This document shows positions 1 to 15,025 of a stretch of DNA of 64,000 nt, piece by piece (the stretch's first letter is position 1; each line of letters opens with the position of its first letter). The stretch lies in NCBI GenBank assembly GCA_964035545.1, contig OZ037768.1:4124741-4188740 (forward strand), in the 5' to 3' direction. Both the position numbers and the translations under genes were made by a program. The notes beneath the pieces are model-generated. The model saw only the letters and a list, made by a program, of their open reading frames with translations, was not told where the DNA came from and did no database searches. Source of the stretch: Bugula neritina. Lineage: Eukaryota; Animalia; Bryozoa.

Positions 1-20
1 CACAACACCGACATACTGAC

Positions 21-3000
21 CTCGTTCACAAATGATTCTATTATACCTTCTCTAGGCATAAACCAATGTTCAAATTCACTCTCTGTAAAGCGTGGTGATA
101 GGTCAAACCGCCCCAAATACTAAAAAGTAAGTAACTTCACATACATAAAGGATAAATATAGAGCGAAGACTACAGGCAAATATTATGATTGAAGGGAGTG
201 ATAACTTTTAAGAAGGAAAATAACTATAACTAGGCCAAAGTAACTTCGACATCAACTGGGAAAGCTAAGACCATTCAGCAGTGAATATCACAAGACAATT
301 TTCTTGAGACACACTGTCCAGTTAACACAAAACAGAGAGGGGAAGTGCACCTCGTTGACTAGTTGGAAAGTGACATTCAAATCTTCTTTACAAAACTTCC
401 TGAAGCCGGGCAGCTGCGGTGTCTCGGGGAGACGGTACAATTTCAAGGTCCTCTGCATGGTCATGTTACGACCGAGATGCGAAAACTTCACTTCAATCAG
501 CTTCTTCGGATTCAAAGATCGATGCCAGTATCTAGATAAAAAATGCAACTTTGTTATGACACTAAATTGCGTAATCGTATACTGTATACGTTTGTCTGAA
601 TAAATACATTAAACAAAGTAAATCATCGCAAATTCACCAAGTGAGCATTCCTCAACCTGACTCACCTGCAGCTGGCCACTGGGCGAGGCAGAACAACGCC
701 GGCCGTGTAGACTGCCTGGAACAGACCTTTACAGTTGACTCTACGCGTTATCTCTCTAATCAGAACTGGAGCTACACGTTTTGATCGAAGCTTTTTATGT
801 ACACAAAGGAAGTTTATTTCTACCATTTTCTTGCGCCTACAAAAAGAGACAAACCAATCGCATGAACAACTGCTAGGGGAAGTTTCGAACACTCTAACAT
901 CACACAGAGTAATAGAGACACGTACTTATCATATATCTGTATGTGAGCAGGAATAGCTGATATAAATCCAACCAACTTCTTGCTCTTACTGACTCTTACA
1001 CCAACATGCCACTCCTTCTCCCAGCCTGGGGGCTGCAGAGCCCTGCAACAAAATCAGTTGTAGTTAGAGTAGAGTCCAGATATGACAGTTGATACAGCTG
1101 GCCTGTGTCACATCATGAATACACTTTGATAGGAGGTTAATTCAATAATGAATATAATTATCAATCGAAAAGAGACTATAGTTTCCAACACGGTTTAATT
1201 GTACTTCACAAAGTACCAGCTCAAATCCATCTAAATTTCATACTAGACATGGCAGTGAAACAGGTATAAACTATCAAACTTGACTTAAAGTATCTTCATA
1301 CAGTCACACACTAGAGTGACTAGAGTGACTGACCATTTCAAGAAGTTGGGAGAATAATCAAATCTGAACATGTTGTCGTCATCCTCCACGTAATTCTCAT
1401 TCAATAAAGTGTAGAGCTCCTCCAGCTGCAGAACACAAACAGACAAAAGTTGCAAGACTCATCTATGAAACCCTAACCAACAACGCAACTCACTACACAA
1501 GGTCTTTTACAGTTTATGACAGCATGTGGGGGCGGCAGCTGACCTGAGCAACTTGAGTGATGTCCAGGGTATTCCACTCAAAGCCTTGCGGCAAGTTCAA
1601 GGACTCCTGGCGGATCTTATCTTGAGATTTGTCTTCTTCTATAGCACAGTTGGCGTCGCCGGGCGTCTCATCTACACAGAAGCAGAATCAGATAATCCAT
1701 CAGACATTTTCCTGGGAACACCACTGGCTAATTAACTTATAGAAACATAGGATAAAAAAGATAACACACCAAATCCAAGAACCGGCTGAGTTTCCCAGAA
1801 CTGATAGCGTCTTTTGGAAGCATCTTCAAGAGACTTAGGTGTAGAGGCCACACTAGCTAGCTGCAGCTGCTGCAAGTGTCTCCCGACTGCCTCAATTGAC
1901 TTTTGAACTGGTGCCAGGTTATGAGACGCTGAACTCTGTATGAATCAATTAAGATGAAATAATAATAGCTTCAAGACAAAAAATTATCGGTTGCCATGCA
2001 ACCATTAGCAGGTGTACTATTACATTGTTTAAAGCACAACATTTTTTCCAACAAAAAAATTCCAAACGCTCTTCCCCTCCCAACACAACAAACAATGCCT
2101 GCAGCCACATGCCTTGCAACTATGCACTGCAAAAAGCTGCACTAAAGTTACAAAGTTATGAAGAAGCAGCTGGTTCTGTAAGTAGAATGAACAGACTACC
2201 GGTACAAGTTGATCTGGTTAAGATAGTAGAGTACTAGAAGAATACAGAAATTCCCCCCCCCCCCCCAGACTAACAGTGACCAGCCAATCACCTGTTCCTG
2301 AGATGATTGCTGACTAGTAGAGGGTTCAGGAGACTCCACATCTTTAGTATCAATACTACTTTTAGCTGCCATCGCATTCTCTTTTGCAGGTGCGCTGTCT
2401 TCAGAATCACTAGTATTGACCGGAAGATCCCGTTGCTGTTTCCGTTTGTGTTTCTTATGCGTCTTTTTGTGTCGACCTGCGGCTAAGCTACTACAATAAT
2501 AAGAGAACAAAACTCCATGCAGATTCTTTCATTCACACTAATTTAGATAAACTTACGGCCTAAAAATAAACAGTGGCAATAGTTTACTAATGCTAAAACC
2601 AATAGAATGTAGACTTAGAAACTTATGATAAAAACCACAGCTTACACTATCATAAAATTTTTTTTCCAAAAATCGAATGCTGAAGCATAATATATAACTT
2701 TAGCAAAGATATATCATTTGAGAATTTGTTAATTTAAACATTAAAAACGCTGATTGATACCAACTCATACACCAACTTGTGTTAATTTACAACACTGTGC
2801 ACATTTGGCCAATCAGCATTTGTAAAATAATTTAGCCAAGAATAGCGACAGTGTGAAATGGAATGTTTCATTAAGATTTAGAGGCAAAATTATTTATGGA
2901 TTATCGAATCTATCGAAACTAATACTCTCACAACAAATTTATCAAAAAAAGTTAAAATTAACTGTAACATACAAAACATTACAATGTTTCTATGAATGCC

Positions 3001-4064
3001 AATTGCATTTTATTTATTCATAAAATAAGTTGTGTGCATGTCAATGCTATTTGTCAATTCAATGTTCGCTATATCCAACTATTCCATGTAAAGCACGCAT
3101 TAGCATCAAATAGTAAGCAAACTTTGATATGCACGTCGAACGAAATTGATCTGCATGAATTGATGATTGATGGTTATCAAAACTAACTATCAAAGTTATT
3201 ACCACAGTTAAATTAAAGATCACTTTGAAGTTGAACTACAAGTATTAGTTGTAGTTATTTAGCACCTCAAATCTCTATAATTGTTTTTGAATTCGGGCAT
3301 TGCAGTTCCTCGAATTCATTATTACTATTAGAGTATTAGTATTACTATTAGAAATATAAAAATAACCCTAATCACTATGAGTATCAGTAAGACTATGAGT
3401 ATCAGTATGACTATGAGTATGACTAAGTCTAATGATCATGATGTGATCTAAATAATTACTAAAACTAAAAGGGGCACTCACTCTCAGCCTCGCGCTCACA
3501 GTCACTTCAAGTTTATCACACTGACTATTACTGCATTATTATAAGTGTAGGTGTATAACTATTGCTAATCTAAATCTTTAAGTTAACTTGAAGTAAATAA
3601 TTTAAAGTGTATCACAATTTAAATTTAAATTACTGAAAGTGAATTAGAATTATCGTATAACTATAACATTAACTATAAGTCACTATAACATATTGATAAA
3701 TAACGGTAACTAATTTGTAGTTTCACTAAAATTTAAAGTTAACTAAAGCTTAATACTTAATAGTTGACCCAATATGAATATTAATTTATGAACCCATAAT
3801 GATATTGATAAAGATAACTGCAAGGCCAGGGGCAGGGCAACTGGGGAAGTGCTGGGCCTGGTGCAGGACTCACGCCCACGGAGATCTCCCTTTTAACATC
3901 TGCTAAATCATGAAAAATTGAAATTTGATAACACGGCCACTTTAATCAAATTTATACCCATCGAGAGATGTTTCGTCTTCTTCCGCATCAGCATCGTCTC
4001 CAGCAGAGACACTGTTATTTTCATCTGATATTCCCATTTCAGCAAGAGAATCTGCATCAGCCAT
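21..4064 (-). CDS. NMT: Glycylpeptide N-tetradecanoyltransferase (N-myristoyltransferase), 5' nine coding exons; continues beyond the window start
   Basis: Exons read with GT-AG boundaries and consistent phases: ~3958-4064 ([10 protein letters not shown]...), 2292-2490 (basic [11 protein letters not shown] tract), 1770-1935 (YQFWETQPV), 1544-1671, 1334-1425 ([19 protein letters not shown]), 926-1042 (ALQPPGW...[11 protein letters not shown]), 666-836 ([30 protein letters not shown] signature), 351-531 ([11 protein letters not shown]), 21-119. Confidence 0.97.
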
Positions 4065-7000
4065 GTTTTTCTTTTCGTATCCGCTGAACTTTGACGGGCC
4101 AGCGGCTCGGTTTACAATTCCATGTTATTGTAACGTAAGCTGCATTCGGTTAAAATTTATTCCTTAACTCGGACTAGTGGAAGCATGTAAAACCGACGGA
4201 AATCGAATTGTGAACGATAATTTGTACGCTGAAAAGATAACTCCTACTAGTTGTAATTTGATGGCACTAGCAATATAATAAATTTTTTGAGTGGAAAAAT
4301 TACTGTATATTCTATAGCTGTTTTTATTGACTTAATTAGAAGATGCATACTCTTTATAGTGCAAACTAAAATTTAACTTTTTGTGACAATAATTAATGTT
4401 CAGGCATACTTTGTTTTTCAAATAATATAGTTTATAATGCTTTACTTCAAAATGTCAAATGTAAAGTCAATCAAATTATTACCTACATTAACGTTGAACG
4501 CACAGAAAATTTTCAAAACTCGAAAATTTATATTGGAAAGCTAAATTATTTTAGTAAATTTTGCAAACTTTAATATTTGATCTTTTGCTTTGACTTACTA
4601 GTTTTAATTATGGCATAGTTTTAGTTACCATTATAAAAAAGTTGACAAATTTAAAGTTTTAACAGCATTTTTACATATTTAATCCAAACAATGACTTTTG
4701 TTTACAACTCCCTCTGAATAAATTAGAAATGCTGAGTTTACTATTACATAATATATATGTTTAATTATAGAAATTATGATTGTCCACGAAATACTGCTAA
4801 AACGAGGTCATGGAAAAACATGGTTGATGAAGGTCAACATCTTTTATTACTTCCTTTGGAAACTAGGTGCTGATTGTTTTGAAATTATCTTTTTATTTCA
4901 CACCCTCAAATATATGCTGTTTTATCACACAAAGTTCAAGGATAGTTATATATAGCATATATTCTTCACAAATGTATCTGGGCTTTTTCTAAAGTTTTGA
5001 TAATTTATGTTTTTAGGAAAGCATATAATTATTACTAAACCAAACTAGTTAAATAACTGCATTTTTAGTTTTCCGATTTAGATGCATAGTTCAAGTTTTC
5101 TGATGAAATTTCTATGTTAGTTGAGAATAATGGTTTCACATATGCTCACTTATAGATGTTTTAATATAATTTCTATCACAATATTAAGTTTTCAAACAGT
5201 ATAAAATACTTCACATCTGAGTTGCTAACAAAACTGTAATACTACCATAACTTACGCAACGTTTGATCTTATTAATGGTCAGCGAAAGGAAATATATATA
5301 TTCTTGATATTGCAAACAACAAATTTGTATTATAACTTAATTTTAGTAAATAAGCTGTTAATTTTGTTGCAAATTGAAATATGAGTTGCAGTAACTCTAT
5401 TACACTTGTTCATACTTTTTAACATTTGCAATTAAAAATAAATCTCTTTCATTTAATTTTTAAACTTATAGAATATTTATATTGAAGCAAATTTTTTATC
5501 GTGCAATGTAGTTTCTAGTAATTAAATTTCTTATTAGTTGTTGTTGGAAATGTGTAGCTCCACTGTGTACAGACACTATAATATAACACAATGTTACTAA
5601 ATATATGTCTTTTTATTGTTCAATCATACATGCAGTAGCAATAGTATCTCATGTGTTGATATGGGAGGTTTGCATTTAAAATTCTTTTTCTCCACTACTA
5701 GTGATTATATTTTGACATGTTGGCAAGAAGACAGAGAAAATGTGTACATGTGTAAACCAAGGGAGTAGCACAGTGAAAACTAATATATATGTGAATATAA
5801 TCACCTTTGCCTGTCTGAATTTACTGACAGACAAAATTAATGGTTTGGCAAAAAATGAATAGTAGAAAATATATTTTGCATTTTGTTACATATATCACAG
5901 GTTTTAAAATCAATGAGTATTTATATTATAAAACATGAATTAATGGCGCTATACTAAATTGTTTTGCTCACGTCATGCGGTTAAATTTACATGCTAGTAG
6001 CGTGTGGGTGGTAGATGATTACTTTCTCTTTTATAATCCGCCATGTTATAATCTGACAGATTGCATTTATTGTTTCAGAGAATTACCTGAGTCATTCATA
6101 AATTAGCTATTGACAACAGGCTGTCTGCAAGTCAAACCTTGCATAGAACTTGTTTCGCAATGTCTTCCTCGTTCTGAAATGACACTGATTGGTGAAGCCA
6201 TTCTCTAGATTTGCCAATAAGTGGCTTTCACCTGTTTCTATTATTCATCTCAGTCTCCCTGTATGCATGTATCTTCGCTGTACTAGTCTCTTTAGAGTAT
6301 TTCTCTTTGTGTAACTTTTCCTTTAATTACTCTATTTTCATGAGGTATCTTTGAAAACACTTTTGTTTAAACACATTAATGTCATAGACATACCCAACTT
6401 TGGAAACATACCATCTTGCATGTACACTATTATATGCACCACCATTCATTTTAGGAACCAAAAAACTACCTCAAGGTTTAATTTCATGTCAGTAGCCATT
6501 AAATTTCATGAAAAATATTCTCTTTTCACTTTATGATTGAGTTCTGCTGAGAATTATTTGCATATTGATGTTGATTGCTTGAAATCTTCAATTGTTTGTT
6601 TAAACTGTCTGTATATAATTTAATTACATTGAATCAATTTTTACCAAATGCAGTATGCTACTCAATAGCGTCATGTAAAAAACTAAAATTGATATTTTAA
6701 AAAACAATTTGTTAAAAGACATTTACTGACTGACTTTATAATTTAAGTGATGGCAAATACAAACATCTCATGGGTTTGGCACCAACTGTAATGATGCTAA
6801 TGAGATTGGTTTTGGCAGAAAGAGAGATGGAGCGAGTCATAGCAGCTATTCTGGAAGTAGGTGTGGGATTGCAGAAGGATGTGCGAATGATGTATGACTG
6901 TGAAAATGCCAGTCACGTATTCAACATCATGGCAAGACTAATTCTTTACAATCTTTAATTGAATTGATGATCCTACCAGATCTGCGTTATAGCAGAAACA

Positions 7001-8672
7001 CGGGAATCACATTGTTGTAATTCTGTATTTTTTGCATGCATATGTCTGCATGCCATCCAAAGTAGAACAAAAATATTTTTTAATGCAGCTGGAGTGTTAG
7101 TGTTTTTGTATCCCATATACATGTGCATGTAAGAAATAATTTAAGATTACTCTAATGTTTACATACATACATCTATTATTTTGTTGTTCATCTGTATATC
7201 TTTCACTAATTCATGGCAGTTGTCATATTGAAATAAAGTTCAAACCTAAGTAAATAAGTTTGCTCAATTAAATGGCATGAATTGGACTATCAAAAATGTT
7301 GCAAAGTTTTTAAAATGTAGAACTTTTTGGGAAAGTTTTAAAAGCTAAGACTATCACTTTATTAGATAATGATAAAGTCATATTCATGAAGGGTTGTTAG
7401 AGCTCAATGGTCCAGTTTTAAAATCTTTTTAAATTTATTAAGATACATGTACCATCTTAACATTAGACCATTTGATTGCTTGAAGACATTGCTTATCAAT
7501 GTGGTAGATGATAATAGTTTCGCTTGCACTAGTGGTCAAACTTTGTGGTAGTGCTCACACATTATATGTATATGGTGTAGAGACTTGCAACATTTTTTGT
7601 AAAGGGAAAACTATGGAACAACTTTCATAAGTTGTCATCGGAAAAATTTTAAAACTTTATTCTGTGACAATATGAAATTTTGTTATTATTTTATTTCCTT
7701 TTGTATTATTTTGCTTAGTAGGCCTAATTATTTTTCACTGATTAACTAGAAGCCAACTTAAATTTCTAAAATGAATTTTGCTATTGCAACTCCCTAACAT
7801 TGTAAAATTAAACCATGCAGATTTATAATAATATGTGATGTGTTAGTTGCTACGGTAAGCCCCCCCCCCCCCCCATTAACTTCCTTGGTACAGTTATATA
7901 CATTATCATTGCATTGAGTTGATTATTTTTGCAATGTTATAGGCGCAATAACTTGAATTGTTCTGTAAGCAACTTCGAGTTGGGGGCGAATGAGTGCAGC
8001 AGTTGGGGGGGGGGTTCTCAGGTGTAGAGCTGGGTATAGCCCAAATTTAATTTCAAAAACACTAACCCACTGTACTAAATCACCCCTAACATGGAGCTGC
8101 TTATAGAACAATATTTCAATAACTGCATAAGCATAATATATTCCTAAAGAATAAAATCTAGTATGTGCAGCTAGCGGTATGTTACTAATATAATATAATG
8201 CAGTATCTGATTAAAAATTATATTAAACTATCAGAAGAAGTATGCCCGTGTATTGTAGCTTAAAACATTGTGTTTTATAATTTGGCTAGTAACTGGAATT
8301 ATATTCTTTTAACTCAGTATTTTTTTTAAAAATATACAGTAACATTATGAAATGTTAGCTATGTAAATACACAGTAACTTTTTGTTTATCTGTATATGCG
8401 ACAGCTTAACAATCAACATTATTTAATAATATTGATTTAGCAGTTCATGACGTGCACCTGTCGCCATTACAACAGATTGCAGGGAAAAAGATTAAACATG
8501 ATTATTATTATATTCATTATTGAAATTGACATTTAATAATAAATATGTAATGATAAATATGTAATGCCCATTTCACAGAACCACTTCTTCAATACATATT
8601 TCTCTTACTTTACCTCTGCACTAAAGCTTACACATGTAGCGTCAAAACAGAGCAAAGTATATGGTAGTACCT

Positions 8673-8674
<2 letters not shown>

Positions 8675-8751
<77 letters not shown>
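8675..8751. repeat. (TA)n microsatellite
   Basis: Perfect TA run of about 77 nt. Confidence 0.98.
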
Positions 8752-8754
<3 letters not shown>

Positions 8755-11700
8755 CATATGTAAGTATAACTAAAATTGAAGAACTTATTTATATAACCAA
8801 GCAGCTTAGATATGTGGTTTACAATAGTTGTATTAATACATTACAACACCACTAAAACTATAGTTTGTATAAAAAGTATTTGAGTAATGTGAATTATTTC
8901 AGAATTCCCCATCATTCTCTTTTCATAACTAGTTCAATTTAATTTCTAAGTGTTGTAATATAATGTGTAAACATTATTTACTAAGAAGTTGAGGTTAAAC
9001 TAAATAGCTATAGTTTTGTAGCATAATTTTTGGTAATTTATTTGCAATCAGTTATTTTTTAAATTGAATGCTTACAGATTGAATGTCTATATTATTTCTT
9101 TCTACCGTTGAATCACCATTATATACGTAGATATTGTTGCTAGTAGCTATATGCCTCCTCCCTCGTATTATTAAATGCACAGTGTCAATGCATATCCTTT
9201 TTGTCAGAGGTAATAAAATATTTATCAAAATAATAAATGTCACATTTTTTCAGCTAAATATACCAAATTAGAATGGAGTTGTGTAATAAGTTGTTTTAGA
9301 TGGCTCGGAAGTAACCGACATGCGCAACTGCCCTGTATCCGTGAGCCATGCATTGAATGGGAAGTGTTTACTCATTGTTTTCATTGCCATTGGGTGCACC
9401 TACTTATCAACCATATCAGCAATGACCAGCTGTCATTCTTTCTATTTGTTTTCTCTCTATTACAAGTTTAATTTGTAATTAAAAGCATTTTTTGATGATT
9501 ATATAATTACGATTCCATGCTGTAGTACCTATATGATGGCGAATATGAATAGGAATATGATGTGTCTAATTAAACGTACAAAATAGCAAAAAAATGACCA
9601 TTTGCACCAGATTAATTATGTTCAATAAATGGTAGTTAATCACAATTTTATATATTGTAAGAACAACGCATTTCTCTCCTTGTTAAATAGTTACCAACTT
9701 CAATACCCGGTGTTTATAGTGGCCAACATAGGCATGCGACTCTCCAGGATGTCTGATTTGCAAGAGATGGTGCCTGATTGAACTTCAAATATGTTTGCAT
9801 TGGCTCAAAATCTTTTTGAGAAAAATCTAATGCCTTTTATGACACTTGAAGGAAATACATGCAAAATGTATAGTAATGTGTAAATGCAATTTAACTTAGT
9901 TGCTACATCCTCCATGCATCTTCTTTAGTAAGCAAAGCTATGTTTTAAGGTAATTAGAGTTCAGGCGCAAAGCTTAATGCATATTTAATGTTATTATGAA
10001 TAAATGAAGTAAAAATGGATGCATTTGGTTAGAGGGCAAGGGAATAAAAGAACTACTGCTACATATAGAATAGGAGCACTGTTTTACTCCTAAATAAAAT
10101 ATTACGTTTGTATTATATTTAGCAACTAATTTTTTTAGAGTTTGCGCTTTCAAGAATAAAATTGATAACAACTTAGTACAAAAAGTATGAGATTTGTATG
10201 TTTATTGTTGATTTTCAGTACTCGCCTTTTACCAAAAATACCCACTGCACTAGCTAAATGTTCTATATTTAACTTGTTTTAAAAATCAATTTAAATCATA
10301 GTATATTTTTTAATTTAAGCAAATTGTTGGAATACAGTCTTTCCCATAGCAGTTCTCATGCTTAAGAGGAAAGCAAAGTGGACTGTGTACACATACATAT
10401 TCTGCTACCATTAGTATGTGTTCTCTAAATATTACGATTGGCTCACTGTATTCCCATTAAGAGATTCTTGGTTTTAGAAAATATGCGGACATTGCAATGT
10501 TTCTAATGCTTCACAATACTCTGAAATTACCTCAAACACTGGTAGATGTCCCTCTTTCCTTTAAATTAACTGTACATAAAGTGTACTTTTCACTTATTTT
10601 AGATTATAGTCAACATTTATACATCTAGTAACTATATTCTGTCCTTTGTGAACAATGTTTTATTTTACAAGTACAGTAAAAGTTGAAACTTAGAGACTTC
10701 TTTTGAAAATACTCAGCCAGTTACGACTTCTGTTTCAAGTTCCTCAAACTTGTGCGTAGGACTACTATACTTATTAGCGGGTACTACATAATGTCGTGAA
10801 AAATGAGAGTGACATTTAATTTACTACTAATTAGCATATTACTTACTAGGAAGTGTCCCAATGTGTGAAGATCTCGTAGCTGAAGTGCTTGCATCTCTAA
10901 AACTTTGTATAGTATAATATAGCCAAGATTTATGATGATTCCATTTCCAATCTTCCCAATACTCAAGCACACAGTATAATACACATATTATTATGATTTG
11001 GACTCTAATATGCTTTCATGGAGACCACAACAACTACCAGGGTCTGCTCTAGTGGTGATGTTGGTATTTCCAAAATGACATTATGTGGCCTAGTAGATGC
11101 TGTATTTTGTACTGAAGTTAACGCTTATTCTTCCCTCTGCCATCAGAGATGTTGAATCTATTGGTAGTAGTAAACACCTGACTCTCTATTTCTCTTCGCA
11201 ACACCTAATATTGAAGTAGGAATTGAAGTATGTAAACTATAGTAGCTATAGCCCTGTAAATTATATTAAATATACTCCAATACATATTTATAGTTGTATA
11301 TTGCAATTATGTTATGGAAAATTGAGATATAAACGTTTTATGAATTGTGTATTTTAATTATTAATTATTGTAGATATAGCACACAATGTATTATAAATTA
11401 TGAAACATGTAATTTGCAGTGCATGAGCTATGTATCACGTTATATAATGTCATACATGTGCTATATATTATAATAGTGTGAGAGGAGTCATTATAAATAA
11501 AGTTAATGTAAAATAAAATGAACAAAATATAATGTAAAAACTAAACTATATAAATATGTAAAATAATGAATTATTTAAACTAAGACTAGCCATAAAAAAT
11601 ATTTTAATATATTTTTCAGTTTTCTGTAAGATTTATAGTTGATTTACAACAAGAGCTACAGAAGTTCGTAATCAATTTGAATGTTTGCATATTCCCACTT

Positions 11701-14700
11701 TCCAGTGTTCTATGTTACAGAAAATACATATTGTAGCTGAAATCTTGTAGCAATCAATATAATATATTGTTAAATATTTTACTTGTCATTTTGCTTTTTA
11801 AAAATGGTAATTAACTCAATATCAATTTTGTAGAGACTTAGACTGCATCTAGTGCTGTCTTTTGAAAAATTCATTTTTTTAAGAAATACGCTAAATAATA
11901 GCAACAACGGTTATACGTCATTTGATCATCTCTACTGCTAGCAACAAGAGATGGTATGCTAGCGAGATGTTAAATAAAGAAAAGCGTTCTTCAACTGTAA
12001 GATATTTTCCAGTTCATAATTCAATGAATATGTTTCAAAGAACAAGTTTTACTAGTGACAGCTATGCTATATGAAAAAGCTTTGCATTTTTTCGGTAGAG
12101 TTACATTAAAGTCTTGCATCACTATAATTAATCATAGCAATAATTACAAAAATAAATATCATCTAAACTCTTTGAAGCTGAAGGTAAGATTGTAGCTGGC
12201 AATCAGTCTTTAATAGAACTCATAATATTATTGTCATTATTCCGGGAATCTTTTTTAGGAATCAAGGCATGCAGTATATTACTCAAAAAATTTTGACACG
12301 TTAACCATTTGCAAAAAATGCTTTTTATTTCATTAAAGTTAACTTAAGTGTAAGAAAACTGTTCTAGAAACTCACAAAATAGTCGTGGGAATCTGTTTGA
12401 AAAGCGGCATATGTAGCCTAAAGTGGAAATGAGTAATTTGTTTTTCGAATGAAATCTTAAAATCTGAGTAATCACACTCTAGCAGCTATTCATCCATTAC
12501 CCCATTCCCCTGAATGAAATCAAATACTCTCACGTGACAGCTAGTTGTAGCAATCTTTTACATCTAATGACTTTTTTCTTGGACAACTATTTTATAACAA
12601 GCTACGGTATAGATTATAGTCTAATGTGTACTCAGACAGTATTCGTTGAGTGTATCAGCAGGTACCCCAAGGTCTTGGCTATACACTGCATGTGCCCAGC
12701 ATACTTTGGATTAGTATTTGAAAACTTAGAGACAACTATTTGCAACTGGGCCTGGGATGAGCTTAGATTTCTTAGTACAGATAAAGTGCAAAACCTTTGC
12801 TGCACGCAAGATTATTCAACTATAAATAATCAATTTTTAAGAAATTTTGGCAAAATTTGAACCAGTATCTAGAATTTAAAGAAAAAACTTTTCAATTCCT
12901 TCGGTATGTCAAAAAATATATGCTATGTTAAGTACTCGTACAGATAAAAAATGACAACAGAATGAAATAAAAAAATCCACATTGTAGCGGATGTATTACA
13001 TATGTTGAATATATATACACATATTATAGTTCTCAGGCATAATATTATGTATAGCCTAATGTAAATATAATTTATACACATTATGATATATAGGTTAGCA
13101 GCTTGTAAATTGTCTTTGTTTACTGAGAAAATGAGCAAGTTTTGCAAAACACAAACATGTTGTAGTTTGTATCAAAATTAATAGCTTAGACACAAATGGA
13201 GAGCTGATTTATTATACACATATTATATGTATACAGCTGCAAGTTGTTACAACTGTGAACTGGTTGAACTGAGAGTTTCACTCTTTGCAGTGGAGCAATA
13301 AAACACATTGTCTAGTACTCATTCTACTATTGGTTAACCCTAGTGATTAGATAATAATAGTTATGTATTTGGCTCTCAACAAATCTTCATTTCTCTCATT
13401 GACAACTGGCAGTTAAAAGGAAATCATGGTTTTTGGAATTTGCTGATCAAAAATTATTAAGCATAAATAGCAGCACATTCGGATTTGTTGAATAGACAAA
13501 ATTGTTAATTATTCATTATCCCATTACAGGAGATAAAGAAAATTGCTTAGTCTATGTTTACAAAAACTGCAGCTTTGAGGGTTGAAAAATAATTGGAATA
13601 TCAAGAAGCGCATTATTTCACAGAATAAAAACTGCATAATTCAACTCATACTCAGCGATTGTAACAGAAGAGCTTTTTTGTATTAATATACAAACATGGC
13701 CCTTCATGGTGGAAACAGCCAGCCTTTAGATTGCTACAGTTTTGACAAGTCTTTTACCTTTAAATCAGTCAAAGGGGAGTTGCAGCAAGAATACACTCTG
13801 ATGAAAGTGTGTTGGTTGTGTTGATTATTTTGATTGTCTTAGTTACTTAGACTTGTTTATGGTACTTGGACACAACTGGTACATAACTATTATTTCAAAG
13901 CAGGTTAGAAATATTTAATAAGTTATTTTTATGAGGAATTATTTTGTTGATAATGAGTCAACTACTAAGATTGATCATATATTTGTTGTTACTACTGAAT
14001 GTATCTATTAGCTTTCACATTTATATAGCTTTTGTGCTTTCTAATTTGCTAGGCATGCGTCTACAACAGTGTTATATTGATTTCTCAGAAGTTTGGTATG
14101 TAAGTGATTTGTGTGAGCTTGGAGTTTGCTAAGGTCAGAGCTATAGGTTGAGCTACAAGAGCATCTATCTATTCCATAGGGGACTACATTAACCCTAGCC
14201 TCTTCATTAGTTTGACTATAAATTAATCTCAGGTCTATAATACAATGCCTTGCCTTACTACATCAGTACTGTACAGTCTATACTTTGTACTGTACTTATT
14301 ACGTATGCTCAACGCTGCTGTTTCAACTTGTGATTATTATTGTCCTGCTAAGTTATAATTTATTAGCTAACCAGCAATGATTAGATGGCTAACATCTTAT
14401 TATTTACACATTCTGCTGTAATTTCTCTCCAGAGTTTAATCTAACCCAAGTTTGTTTGATGGTAAAGGTGGGACTGAAGCATGGGCTAGCAAACTTACCA
14501 GGTAATTGTGTTGTCTTATTGGAATGGATTTTGGCCATGTTGTGGTCAGTTTGGTGATTTCTGCCTTAATTCTCACGTGTTATGGAGGTTGTTATTGAAT
14601 AAAATGAATACAGGGCACTCTATTCATAGCCAATGGAATTTATTAATTTGAAATAACAGTAGGCATAGGATTAGCAGTAGTAGTGGGAGCTTCATTGGCT

Positions 14701-14885
14701 CTGATAGGACGGATGTGATTTAGTCATTTTTTATACTAATAAATGATTGGTCAGGAACTTTGGTCGTAGAGCATTTTAATACCTGGGATCCTAAGTTACA
14801 TTTCATAGTTATGCTAATGGTTGGTCTGCAACTAGACAGCTCTGGAAGTAGGTTACAGTTTGAGGGCTGGGCTCTAACTAATCTG

Positions 14886-15025
14886 CTATATAAATAAGGT
14901 GAGGGCTAAGAAATGCTTGCAGTGTTATTTCTTAGGTTCAGCCTGCGGTTGAACTTGGATATTTTCTCAAGCCCAACATTTCTATTTATATTTGGTTTGC
15001 TGCACATTTCAGGTTTCTGGTAAGT
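14886..15025 (+). promoter_or_regulatory. Possible TATA promoter and non-coding first exon of the SLC22-like gene
   Basis: CTATATAAATAAGG at ~14886, CCAAT/ATTGG boxes upstream (~14630, ~14746) and a TG|GTAAGT donor at ~15019. The SLC22 ATG is preceded by an acceptor (TTTTAG at 18675). The link between them is inferred. Confidence 0.35.

Noticed and set aside
1050-1120. ATGATGT...CTGA C/D-like pattern in an NMT intron
   Set aside because: The CTGA lies about 12 nt from the 3' splice site and is better explained as the branch point. No rRNA guide was recognised.
6770-6958. 62-aa ORF in a slightly GC-richer patch, and other short ORFs in 4.1-18.6 kb
   Set aside because: No recognisable motifs or consistent exon chain.
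8661-8855. ORFs containing YIYIYI runs (also 62811-63239)
   Set aside because: Translations of (TA)n microsatellites.
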